Source of the DNA: Patescibacteria group bacterium
GTDB lineage: Bacteria > Patescibacteriota > Patescibacteriia > JAQUQO01
DNA: 64,000 nucleotides
Direction: 5' to 3'
Assembly (NCBI GenBank): GCA_028716045.1
Contig: JAQUQO010000001.1
Coordinates: forward strand, 632,961 to 696,960
Both the position numbers and the translations under genes were made by a program. The notes under the pieces are model-generated. The model had not been told where the DNA came from, searched no databases, and saw only the letters and a list, made by a program, of their open reading frames with translations. Shown piece after piece: positions 30,484-39,773 of this stretch (position 1 is its first letter; the number at the start of each line of letters is the position of its first letter).

Positions 30484-31614
30484 ATGCCCCTAAATACCCT
30501 GGAACAAGTGTCTAAAAACATAGATAAAAGCAATCGCAGTTTGATTGCCTTCCGCCGCGATTATAATGGCGATGCTTTGGCCTCCAGTTTGGGATTGGCA
30601 AAAATTTTGAAAAAAATGGGAAAAAACGCGGATATCGTCTGCGACGGCTTTAACTATCCGTCGCAATATAAATTCCTTCCCAGCGTAGAACAAATCCAGC
30701 CGTCATTATCGCAGATTAAAAAAATCACCCTGGCCCTGGATATTAAAGGCGCGCCTCTCAATGCCCTTGATTATGAGATGAAAGAAAACCAATTATTGAT
30801 TCACCTCACACCGCAAAAAGAAAATTTTGACATCCAAAACATTAAAACCCAATCCGCGGGCTATAAATACGATTTAATTTTTACCATCAACACTCCGGAT
30901 TTAAACTCCATCGGCAAGGTCTATGAAGATAATGCCGACTTTTTTTATTACACCCCCATCATTAACATCGACCACCTGGCGCAAAACGAATCCTACGGAC
31001 AAATCAATGTTATTGATATTGTTTCTTCTTCGGCCGCGGAAATTATTTTTGGCCTCCTGGAACACATCGGCAAAGAATATTTAGATGAAGAAATCGCCAC
31101 GGAGCTTTTGACCGGACTCATTACCAAGACAAAAAGTTTCCGTATCCCGAACGTCACTCCTAAAACTTTGAATATCGCCGGGCAATTGCTGGTGGCCGGC
31201 GGAAGACGCGAAGAGATTATTAAAAACTTATACCACAACAAAAGCATTAATACTCTAAAGTTATGGGGACGGGCTCTGGCGCGGTTAAAGCACGACTACG
31301 AAAAAAGATTGGTCTGGACCATGCTTTCCCGCCAGGATTTTATCGCCTCCGGCGCCGCGGATAGCGAACTTATGGACGTTGTTTATGAACTTATCGCCAA
31401 CTCGCCCGAAGCAGACGTAATTATTATGTTTCACGAAAAAAGCAACGGACAAATTTGCGTTCATGTTTATTGCGAAAAAACTATTAACTCGCTTCAGATA
31501 AGCCGCGTCTTTAATCCGCAGGGCACGCAAGACCTCGCTCAATTTGTGCTCATCGGGAAAAATTTAGCGGAAGCGGAGCGCGAAGTGATACAAAATATAA
31601 AACAATTCATTTAA
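30484..31614 (+). CDS. DHH/NrnA-like phosphoesterase homologue with degenerate motifs
   Basis: GDALASS, IINIDH, SS.AEI, IAT.LLTGL, LKLWGRALARL. Confidence 0.8.
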   Translation: MPLNTLEQVSKNIDKSNRSLIAFRRDYNGDALASSLGLAKILKKMGKNADIVCDGFNYPSQYKFLPSVEQIQPSLSQIKKITLALDIKGAPLNALDYEMKENQLLIHLTPQKENFDIQNIKTQSAGYKYDLIFTINTPDLNSIGKVYEDNADFFYYTPIINIDHLAQNESYGQINVIDIVSSSAAEIIFGLLEHIGKEYLDEEIATELLTGLITKTKSFRIPNVTPKTLNIAGQLLVAGGRREEIIKNLYHNKSINTLKLWGRALARLKHDYEKRLVWTMLSRQDFIASGAADSELMDVVYELIANSPEADVIIMFHEKSNGQICVHVYCEKTINSLQISRVFNPQGTQDLAQFVLIGKNLAEAEREVIQNIKQFI

Positions 31615-31704
31615 AAAATTCTGACAAAAAAGGACTCCTCGCGGGAGTTCTTTTATTTTTTTAAAAGTGTTATAATAAGAGCGCTATTAGAAAAAATATA
31701 TCTT

Positions 31705-32427
31705 ATGCCGGAATTAAGCATTATCATCCCAACTTTGAACGAAGAGGATTTTTTGCCCCTTCTCTTGTCTTCAATCCAAAAACAGACCTACAAAAATTAC
31801 GAAGTGATTGTGGCCGATGCCGGTTCCACTGACGGAACGGTAGAAATAGCCAAACAGTTTGGCTGCAAAATAACCTCCGGCGGCTTGCCGGCGACAGGGA
31901 GAAACCGGGGGGCGGAAGCGAGTGGGGGCGAACTTTTTCTCTTTTTGGATTCTGACGTGATGCTCCCGAAAAATTTTCTCGCCAACACTATAAACGAATT
32001 CAGAAAAAGGAAACTGGATATCGCCACCTGCGGCGTTTATCCGTTAAGCGATAAAAAAATAGATAAATTCCTGCACTTGGCCGTCAATTCTTTTTTTAAA
32101 ACCGTGCAATTCTTCTCCCCACACGCTCCGGGATTCTGCATTCTGATTAAAAACGACATCCATAAAAATATCGGCGGGTTTAATGAACAAATCCTGTTGG
32201 CCGAAGACCATGATTACGTTAAACGCGCCGCCAAGGTCGGAAAATTCCGCTTTCTCCAATCGGAAAAAATTCCGGTTTCCGTCAGAAGATTAGATCGCGA
32301 CGGCAGAGCAAAAATCGCCCTAAAATATATTCTTTGCGAGGCCTATCTGGTATTTAAAGGGCCGATTGTTTCCGATATTTTCCATTACCGCTTTGCTCAT
32401 TATAAAGACAAGGAAAAGGTTAAATAA
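31705..32427 (+). CDS. glycosyltransferase family 2
   Basis: LSIIIPTLNEE, VADAGSTDGT, RNRGA, FLDSD, GGFNE..AED. Confidence 0.93.
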   Translation: MPELSIIIPTLNEEDFLPLLLSSIQKQTYKNYEVIVADAGSTDGTVEIAKQFGCKITSGGLPATGRNRGAEASGGELFLFLDSDVMLPKNFLANTINEFRKRKLDIATCGVYPLSDKKIDKFLHLAVNSFFKTVQFFSPHAPGFCILIKNDIHKNIGGFNEQILLAEDHDYVKRAAKVGKFRFLQSEKIPVSVRRLDRDGRAKIALKYILCEAYLVFKGPIVSDIFHYRFAHYKDKEKVK

Positions 32428-32477
32428 ACACCGGCTATTTTAAAAAGAGGCGGCCGCTTTTCTACGGCGCCTCTTTT

Positions 32478-33755
32478 TTATGTTTCTAAAACGCACAGCC
32501 CTTCGATGTGCGGCGTGCGGGGGAAAAAATTATATAACCGCAAGAATTTCAATTCATACCCGCCGCGCAAAAATTCTCCGACATCCCGCGCTTGCGTGGC
32601 TAAATTGCAGGACAAATAAATTATTCTCCTAGGCTTTTCTTCCAATACCTTTTTGGCAATCTTGGGATGCAGGCCGGCGCGGGGCGGGTCAAAAATAATT
32701 ACTTTTTCCGGGGTGATAAATCCCGCCATCTTTTCCGCCGGTGATAAAACCGCGCGGCAATGGCCGCGACCGTTAAGCTTGATATTCTCTTCGGCGTAAC
32801 CAATGGCCTCTTCATTATTGTCAACCAAGACCGCTTCGAAAAATTTATCGGCTAAGGGCAAACTGATGGAACCAACGCCGGAATAATAATCCACGACCGA
32901 ATTCTTAGAATCCAAAAATAGCGAGATATCACCAAGAGCTTTTTCAAAAAGCGGGATATTTATCTGAAAAAAGCTTAAAGCGCCGTATCTCAATTTAGAA
33001 ACAAGCAGTTGTTCTTCTAAAAATTTCTCACCCGACTCGTATAATAACTTTTCCGGCAAAGAAGAAGGATTGTTGCCCCGGGAAAAATAAATTTGAAAAC
33101 CGCGCAACCCTTGAGGCGCTGATTCGGGCAAGCGCGCTAAATCGTCCTTAACAAAAAGAGCACCCAGGCGTTCTCCCTGTAAATTGCTTCTCAAAATTAA
33201 AGTTTTTAAACCCCCTGATAAAAAAGAATTTTCCTTTAACCAAGCCGTTGTTTCCTCCGCCGCCCGAGCCAAAGTTTTATCCGCTAAAACACAGCCCTCA
33301 ATGGGCCGTAATTTATTGGTAGCTCTTTCAAAAAAAGCCAGGGAAATTTCCTTATTATCATCAGCGCAAAAACTATACTCCATCTTATTGCGATAACCAT
33401 ACTGTGCCCGCTCATCTGACACTATTTCCAGCTCCCCCTCCCAAGAAAATTTCCCGATTTTTTTATAAGTTTCTTTAGCGATGGCTTTTTTCCAAAAATT
33501 CTCTTTGTTAAAAGACAAAATTTGCCACGGACTGCAGGAAATAAAATGACTCTCTTGAGTTAAAACTCTGTCCGGCGAAGGGCTGATGATATTCCGCGCC
33601 ACGCCTTCCAGATAATTTTTCTTTTTTCTGATAATTTCCACCTCCACTTCTTCTCCCGGCAAAGCATTCCAAGCTAAAACCACTCGGCCATCAAAATGCC
33701 CCAGCCCCTGTCCGCCGAAAACCAATTTTTCTATTTTAACCCTTATGGTGTCCAC
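32478..33755 (-). CDS. TRAM-domain RNA (uracil-5)-methyltransferase, RlmD/TrmA family
   Basis: IEKLVFGGQG..ALPGE, YRNKME, SFFQIN, DYYSGVG, DPPRAG, IYLSCN, FFPRTPHIE. Confidence 0.92.
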   Translation of the reverse strand: MDTIRVKIEKLVFGGQGLGHFDGRVVLAWNALPGEEVEVEIIRKKKNYLEGVARNIISPSPDRVLTQESHFISCSPWQILSFNKENFWKKAIAKETYKKIGKFSWEGELEIVSDERAQYGYRNKMEYSFCADDNKEISLAFFERATNKLRPIEGCVLADKTLARAAEETTAWLKENSFLSGGLKTLILRSNLQGERLGALFVKDDLARLPESAPQGLRGFQIYFSRGNNPSSLPEKLLYESGEKFLEEQLLVSKLRYGALSFFQINIPLFEKALGDISLFLDSKNSVVDYYSGVGSISLPLADKFFEAVLVDNNEEAIGYAEENIKLNGRGHCRAVLSPAEKMAGFITPEKVIIFDPPRAGLHPKIAKKVLEEKPRRIIYLSCNLATQARDVGEFLRGGYELKFLRLYNFFPRTPHIEGLCVLET

Positions 33756-33765
33756 GATTTTAGAT

Positions 33766-34293
33766 TTATTTGAATAATTCTAAAATCTTCATACCCCATT
33801 CCGCCGCTACCCGCGGGCCAGTCGCAGTAATTAAATTCCCATCTGCTACCACCGGCGCGCGCATATATTCGGCTCCGGCGGCTGACAAAATTCCGCCCAG
33901 TTCATTGTCGCCATTCCAGCCGGTGGCTTTTTTATTTTTCAAAACTCCGGCGTGGGCCAAAATACGCGTGGAAATACAAATCGCTCCCACCGCCTTGTTA
34001 TCGGCGACAAAATCGCGCAGGAGTTTATGCGATTTTTCGTTATCCAAATGTTCCAAAGCTCCGGGACCGCCGATTATAAATAAACCGTCATACTCCGGCG
34101 GATTTATTTCATCCAGCGTCAAATCAACATTTGTCTGTCCCCCGCCACCTCCGGACGTGGCTATCCCTGCCTCATCGCTCGCTGTCACGACTTCAATACC
34201 GCCGGCTGCCAAAACTTGCTTGGCTTCACTGTATTCCACGAGTTGGAAATCTTTATGCGCTATGACCAATAAAACTTTTTGAAAATTAGACAT
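33766..34293 (-). CDS. DJ-1/PfpI family protein
   Basis: DFQLVE, YDGLFIIGG.G, GAICI, LITATGP; start likely MSNFQ. Confidence 0.9.
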   Translation of the reverse strand: MSNFQKVLLVIAHKDFQLVEYSEAKQVLAAGGIEVVTASDEAGIATSGGGGGQTNVDLTLDEINPPEYDGLFIIGGPGALEHLDNEKSHKLLRDFVADNKAVGAICISTRILAHAGVLKNKKATGWNGDNELGGILSAAGAEYMRAPVVADGNLITATGPRVAAEWGMKILELFK

Positions 34294-34412
34294 ACTTGGC
34301 TTTTTTATTTCTAAAATCCAAATCAATTATAGTAAAAAATATAGCTACTGGCAAATAAAAAATAACCAAATTCCATAACCCTTTGATTATTGGTTTTTGG
34401 TTATTATTATAG

Positions 34413-34732
34413 TGCGCCAGGATGCCCCGTCATTCGACGGGGTCTCCGCTACGCTCCGAGATTTGGCCGTCCCGCCAGAAGTAAGTGGAGTCAGGAACCT
34501 GCCTGCCGGTCCGCTTCGCCATAGCGGTAGCGAGGCGAGCAGGCAGGCCATTGACCCCCGCTTTACCCGCCCGCCGGCGTAAAAATAAATTATTAACCTA
34601 CCGACCAAAAATGTAAACTTTGGTGGGCATGGATGGATTTGAACCATCGACCCCCACTTTATAAGAGTGGTGCTCTAACCAACTGAGCTACATGCCCCTA
34701 AAGCGTTTTCCCGATGAGCGGGCTACTGGTGC
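34413..34732 (-). pseudogene. decayed tRNA shell surrounding tRNA-Ile, with several palindromic inserts
   Basis: 5' piece GCACCAGTAGC at 34722-34732; 3' pieces TAAAGCGGGGGTCAATGG (34548-34565), TTC, CAAATC, CATCCTGGCGCA (34413-34424). Confidence 0.7.
34621..34697 (-). tRNA. tRNA-Ile(TAT)
   Basis: GGGCATG/CATGCCC acceptor, CCACT-CTTATAA-AGTGG anticodon arm, GGTTCAAATCC, CCA. Confidence 0.93.
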
Positions 34733-34841
34733 GAATTGTAAAATTAGTATAACAAAATAATATCTAAATTTCAATAATTTACAAAAAAGGCCCACATTCG
34801 CAAGACGAATGTGGGCAAGGGTTAAAAAAGAGCGAAAAGGG

Positions 34842-35594
34842 TTAGGAAGCTGCGGCCTCGCGGGGACGGAGACCGCCGCCGCAGCCAAAGCCGGGATGGA
34901 AGCAACCGACCCTGAACTCGCCACCGGCATCTAAGCTGACGTGCGGAACGTTGCCATAGGAATCGCGCGAACCGGCGCAGAGCGTCCAATTATGGATGTC
35001 AAGGTGCTTACCGCCGGTTTTCCAGTGATACCACAGCCCAAGCGATAACCGTTCAAGTAATGTGATAGTGGTTATTTCCTTGGAGGCGATTTGATTGGCC
35101 GAAGTGTTTTTCCATTCCTCATCGGCCTCCACGCGGTCCCGGAAACGGACAGCGTAAGCGCCGATTTTGGCCGGGTCGCGCTCGTTGATTGGCACGGCTT
35201 GGTCCAAGTCATCGCCATAATACGACCAGTATTCCTTGAACCGCTCTTGGCACTTGGCCCAGGCGCGATTCAGAGTCATCTCGGCCGGTACCAAAAGGAG
35301 CCAACCAAATCTTTGGCGTTCGGGAGGCAACACAACTTGGGTCGCATCCACCGTAAGACCAAAGACCTCTTGATAAAAGCGGACTATTTCCTCAAGTTGG
35401 ATATCCAACTTTGACTCGGTGTCACCCAGCGCTTCGCGCAGGCGCTTGGTCAACAGGCCTTTACGGCCCTGCCTGCTAATCCAAAATTTCTTTTGCTCTG
35501 GCGTCAGATTTCGCGGTAAACTGTTAACCACCGCTGACACGAACTCCAACGTTTGTCCATCATCGGTTTGTCGGACCTTCTCATCTTTTCCCAT
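34842..35594 (-). CDS. hypothetical protein with a DGR-target-like C-terminus
   Basis: Ends WTLCAGSR...GNVP.V...LRPREAAAS; AAGGAGG RBS; 11-bp hairpin at 34790-34816 after the stop. Confidence 0.75.
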   Translation of the reverse strand: MGKDEKVRQTDDGQTLEFVSAVVNSLPRNLTPEQKKFWISRQGRKGLLTKRLREALGDTESKLDIQLEEIVRFYQEVFGLTVDATQVVLPPERQRFGWLLLVPAEMTLNRAWAKCQERFKEYWSYYGDDLDQAVPINERDPAKIGAYAVRFRDRVEADEEWKNTSANQIASKEITTITLLERLSLGLWYHWKTGGKHLDIHNWTLCAGSRDSYGNVPHVSLDAGGEFRVGCFHPGFGCGGGLRPREAAAS

Positions 35595-35732
35595 GAGCCT
35601 TTCCTCCTTACCATTAAATTTGCCCTACTCTCCGGGCTGGAGTTTTTTGCCTCTATTCGCGACTATCGCAAATATAAGCGGTAAAAAGAACTAACAAAAT
35701 ATTGTAGTATATTTTATATATTCTGTCAACCC

Positions 35733-37745
35733 CTAATCATATTCAATAACCTTATCTTCCCCAGCTATCTCCCACTTATCAAACAAATCCTCCGGCACTT
35801 CGGACAAAAAAGTGGATGGACGATTGATGTTTTCGCCGGTCGTATAGCTAAAACTGATAATCGGGAAAGATAAATAAAGCTCGCTTTTGGCGCGCGTCAC
35901 CGCCACGTAAAACAGCCGCCGCTCCTCCTCCATCTCGCGCGGGTCGGCAAAAACTTTATAATGCGGAAATTGCCCTTCGGCCAAGTGAATGATAAAAACC
36001 ACGTCCCACTCCAGCCCCTTGGCCTGATGAATGGTGGACAAAACCAAATAGTCATCGGCACTCCCCGCCCCGAGCGAAGTCGAAGGGTCCCCACGCCAAC
36101 CTTCGGACAAACTCACGTCGGCCAAAAAATCGTCTAAATCTTTATAAGAAACGGAAAAATTGGAAAGTTGAGAGATGTCTTCCCACCGCTCCCGCCAATT
36201 TTCAAAAGTTGCTTCCAGATATTTTTCGTAATCCTTTAAAATCAAAGTAATGGCCGAAGCGATGAAATTGTCTTTGATATTAAGAAGAGAACGCAGTAAA
36301 TTATTCAATTGCCGCAAACCCGCGCCGCACCTTTCGCTAAAGCCGATATTTTCTAAAACATTTTCTAAAACAATATCCGCTACCGAGCTATAATCGGAGA
36401 TTCTTTGCCAGACCTTCCGCGCCGTGGCTTCGCCGATGCCCGGATATAACCTTAAAATTCTCGTCCACGAGAGTTCGTCTTTATTATTGGCAAAAACGCG
36501 GAGATAAGCGACGATATCCTTAACGTGCGCTTGTTCAAAAAACCTGATGCCCCCGCGGACAATATAAGGAATGCCGCGCTTATTCAATTCCAGCTCCAAT
36601 TCCAGCGCCTGATAAGCGGCGCGAAAAAGCACCGCCATATTTTTTAAATCCTTGCCCTGGTCTCTTAATTCCAGAACTCTCTGCGCGATAAACTCCGCCT
36701 GCTCGTAATTGTCCTTGCAAGGAACGACGGTGGGCCGCGAACCTCCCTCTTTTATCGCTTTTAAATTTTTCTTAAACTGCCGCGCATTATTGCTGATGCT
36801 GGCGTTGGCCAAATCTAAAATGGTTTCGGCGCTGCGATAATTGGTCTCCAGTTTGAAAGTTTTAGCTTCCGGAAAATGTTTGGGGAAATCCAAGATATTG
36901 TCCACGTTGGCGGCGCGGAAAGAATAAATGCTTTGCGCGTCATCGCCGACCACCAAGATATTGCGATGCCGCGCGGCGAGCGATTCCATAATCATCGCCT
37001 GAATTTTGTTGGTATCCTGATACTCATCAACCAAAATATATTGGAGTTCGTCAGCTATTTTATTTTTCACCTCCGGATGCTCCACTAGCAAACGATGCCA
37101 ATTAACGAGCAAATCGTCAAAATCCATTACGTTGGAAGCTAATTTTTTATTATTGTAGAAACGATAAATTTCTTCAATCGTCGGGAGGAGCGGCTCGCCT
37201 ATTTGCTTATATTTACTTTCCACAATCTCGGCGATTGACAGCCGGCTGTTTTCTTTAAAACTAAAAAGTGCGTGCAGGACATCAACCTTGGGAAAATACT
37301 TATCTTTGACGTTAATGCCCAGTTCCCGCACGCAGGATTTAAGAAAATCCTTGGCGTCCTCTTCGTCCAAGATGTTAAAGTTTTTGTTATAACCCAATTT
37401 GCCGGCGTGCCGGCGCAAAATGCGGTTGCCCAAATGATGAAAGGTGCCGCCCCACAGTCCGCGAGGAGAATCGGTTAAAAGCGACTCCACGCGATTAAGC
37501 ATTTCTTTGGCCGCCTTATTGGTGAAAGTGACAAGCATAATGTTGTTGGGCCGCACGCCTTTTTCTAAGAGATAAGCCACGCGATAAATAAGGGTGCGCG
37601 TTTTGCCGCTCCCCGCTCCGGCCAAAACCAAACAAGGGCCCTCGCCCTCGGTCACCACCCGATACTGCTCCTCATTTAACTCTTCCTGATAATTTATCTT
37701 CGTGGGGAATGATTGATTATTGGGATGGAGAAAATACCTCGTCAT
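35733..37745 (-). CDS. UvrD/PcrA/Rep family SF1A DNA helicase
   Basis: LAGAGSGKT, TFTNKAA, LVDEYQD, VGDDAQSIY.FR, NYRS, TIHQAKGLEW, EERRLFYVAVTRA. Confidence 0.96.
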   Translation of the reverse strand: MTRYFLHPNNQSFPTKINYQEELNEEQYRVVTEGEGPCLVLAGAGSGKTRTLIYRVAYLLEKGVRPNNIMLVTFTNKAAKEMLNRVESLLTDSPRGLWGGTFHHLGNRILRRHAGKLGYNKNFNILDEEDAKDFLKSCVRELGINVKDKYFPKVDVLHALFSFKENSRLSIAEIVESKYKQIGEPLLPTIEEIYRFYNNKKLASNVMDFDDLLVNWHRLLVEHPEVKNKIADELQYILVDEYQDTNKIQAMIMESLAARHRNILVVGDDAQSIYSFRAANVDNILDFPKHFPEAKTFKLETNYRSAETILDLANASISNNARQFKKNLKAIKEGGSRPTVVPCKDNYEQAEFIAQRVLELRDQGKDLKNMAVLFRAAYQALELELELNKRGIPYIVRGGIRFFEQAHVKDIVAYLRVFANNKDELSWTRILRLYPGIGEATARKVWQRISDYSSVADIVLENVLENIGFSERCGAGLRQLNNLLRSLLNIKDNFIASAITLILKDYEKYLEATFENWRERWEDISQLSNFSVSYKDLDDFLADVSLSEGWRGDPSTSLGAGSADDYLVLSTIHQAKGLEWDVVFIIHLAEGQFPHYKVFADPREMEEERRLFYVAVTRAKSELYLSFPIISFSYTTGENINRPSTFLSEVPEDLFDKWEIAGEDKVIEYD

Positions 37746-37862
37746 AATATAATAACATTATAACACGGTAACAAAATAGGCAAGGAATTGACACCGATAA
37801 ATAAAAATGCTAAAATGACCCAATTAATGTTTTTTGAAAATTTAAATTTTGGAGGATAAAAG

Positions 37863-38667
37863 GATGAAAATAAAACAACATAAAACACCTAAGAGATTAT
37901 TCCTGTTTTCCCGTCTTGTGGTATCAATATTTTGCAAAAGATTCTGCATTATTGGCAAAGAAAATATTAAAGAAAAATGCCAAAATCAAAATTATATTAT
38001 TGTCTCCTCCCATATTTCCAATCTAGACGCGCTAGCGGCTATCGTGGCGTTGGGAGATATCTTGGATTTACAGATTACGATTGAATCAACATTATTCAAA
38101 CCAACTGAGCCCCAGTGGTATATATTTCAATTGACAGGAAAAGAAAATTTTAGCCCTCTGCAATACGAAAAATTAGCAAAAAGGAAAGAAGGTAAATTTA
38201 ATCCCAAAGATTTCGAAAAGATATCGCAAAAAATGGCGGAAGGGAAAACTCCGTGGATAGTTATACATCCATTCACTCACGAAGAAAAAATGCAAAAAGC
38301 GAAAATAGGCCCGATTTATTTAGCCCAAAAAACGGGAGCGTCCATTATCCCCACGGCACTTGAATATGAAAACGCCTCCCTAAGCTTAGCCGGAAGAATA
38401 AATAGAATTAAAGCTCTGATCGGACGCCTAAAAGGAAACGGCATTGCTACTTATCGCATAGGAGAACCGGTTAAACTGCCTAAAATAGAAAATGTGGAAA
38501 TTATAGAAAAACTCTATAACAAAAAAATGAATGGCGAAAAAATAACCGAAGAAGAAGAGCAAGAATCTTTAAGAGTGGTGGAAAAGCTAAAAACACAAGC
38601 TGATTATATCGCAAGAATTATATCCGAAATGCTGCCACCTCAAAATAGGGGAATATACGGGGAATGA
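37863..38667 (+). CDS. lysophospholipid acyltransferase (PlsC-like) family protein
   Basis: SHISNLD (HxxxxD), GPIYLAQKTGA.IIP.AL, IGEP; own TTGACA-17-TAAAAT promoter. Confidence 0.75.
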
Positions 38668-38824
38668 TTTAAAACTTTTATCTTAAAAACCGCGATAAAA
38701 ATTCGCGGTTTTTTCTTTAAGGTAAGCGGGGTAAGGTTTGACAAAATATTCAAAATTTACTACAATAAATGACTACTGTTGTTTGACAAAATTTGACAAA
38801 AATTAAACCCTTGGAGAATAAAAA

Positions 38825-39685
38825 ATGGACGAAAATTATACGCTTGAAGAAATTGAGGAAATAGAGAAGTCAGCGATTAAATTTAAAAAGGGAAATTTCT
38901 TCAGATTGCCCTGTATTCTACGTGGTAATAAAGTGGCGAGCCGCAATCCAGAATCACAAGTAGAAAATTATTCCACTATAACCGACTGTTTTCCTTTAAG
39001 CAGCGGCAAATGGATATTTCTTGTTTACGCTTATCCCCTGTCTATCATCCACCGTTTACTTGACGGACTGGCGAAGTGGGCCACTGAAAAATACTGTATC
39101 AAATCTCTTACTCCTAAAAAATGGCAGCAAGCCTTTATCAAAAACTCATTCATCCCGATAATAAATATCCAAATGCCGAATGTGATAGCCATGCCTTATG
39201 TTGATAATGAGAACCTTTTTGACGTCCTGTCTGACCGCATCCCAAAGTATCATTTTGAAGAAAAAAGGGGGATGATAAAAAAGGCCTGTCTCGTTATAAA
39301 CGAAATGCACGGCAGAAATATTATGTGGGGAGAACTTATTGCTCCTAATATGATATACACATCTCACGGAGAAATCATAATCTGCGATACGGAAACCCAG
39401 TATTATCGAGGAAACATAATCGAACAAAAATCCTCCGATTGGCTGGACTTTATTTGTTCCACTTGCGGCGCGATGGTAAAAGCCTATGGTGAAATCGTTG
39501 TTGCCCCGATAATTGAGGATATCGTTTGGCGGATAAAAAATCGGAAAGTAGCGAATCATCTAAAAATCAGATGTCAGAAAAAAAGAACCTGGTTGCACCG
39601 CCTTTTCAGCGCCTATACTGCGGAACGTCTCGCTTGCCCGCCAAAACTATATGACAACATCAAAAGGATAATCGCGGCCTCATAA
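38825..39685 (+). CDS. protein-kinase-like fold protein with atypical catalytic loop
   Basis: IAMPYV...LFD, MHGRNIMWGELIAPNM, IIICDTE resemble kinase subdomains V-VII. Confidence 0.55.
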   Translation: MDENYTLEEIEEIEKSAIKFKKGNFFRLPCILRGNKVASRNPESQVENYSTITDCFPLSSGKWIFLVYAYPLSIIHRLLDGLAKWATEKYCIKSLTPKKWQQAFIKNSFIPIINIQMPNVIAMPYVDNENLFDVLSDRIPKYHFEEKRGMIKKACLVINEMHGRNIMWGELIAPNMIYTSHGEIIICDTETQYYRGNIIEQKSSDWLDFICSTCGAMVKAYGEIVVAPIIEDIVWRIKNRKVANHLKIRCQKKRTWLHRLFSAYTAERLACPPKLYDNIKRIIAAS

Positions 39686-39773
39686 AATCTGTTCTTGAGC
39701 CCAAGCAACGCTTGGGCTTTTTTAATTAAAAACAGACCCATTGATTTAGGTCTGTTAAAGGGTCTTGATATTT

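Noticed and set aside
34387-34647. ORF-track ORFs 34387-34647(-) and 34397-34582(+)
   Set aside because: They run through the tRNA-Ile 3' end and the GC-rich palindrome cluster; stop-poor repeats explain the open frames.
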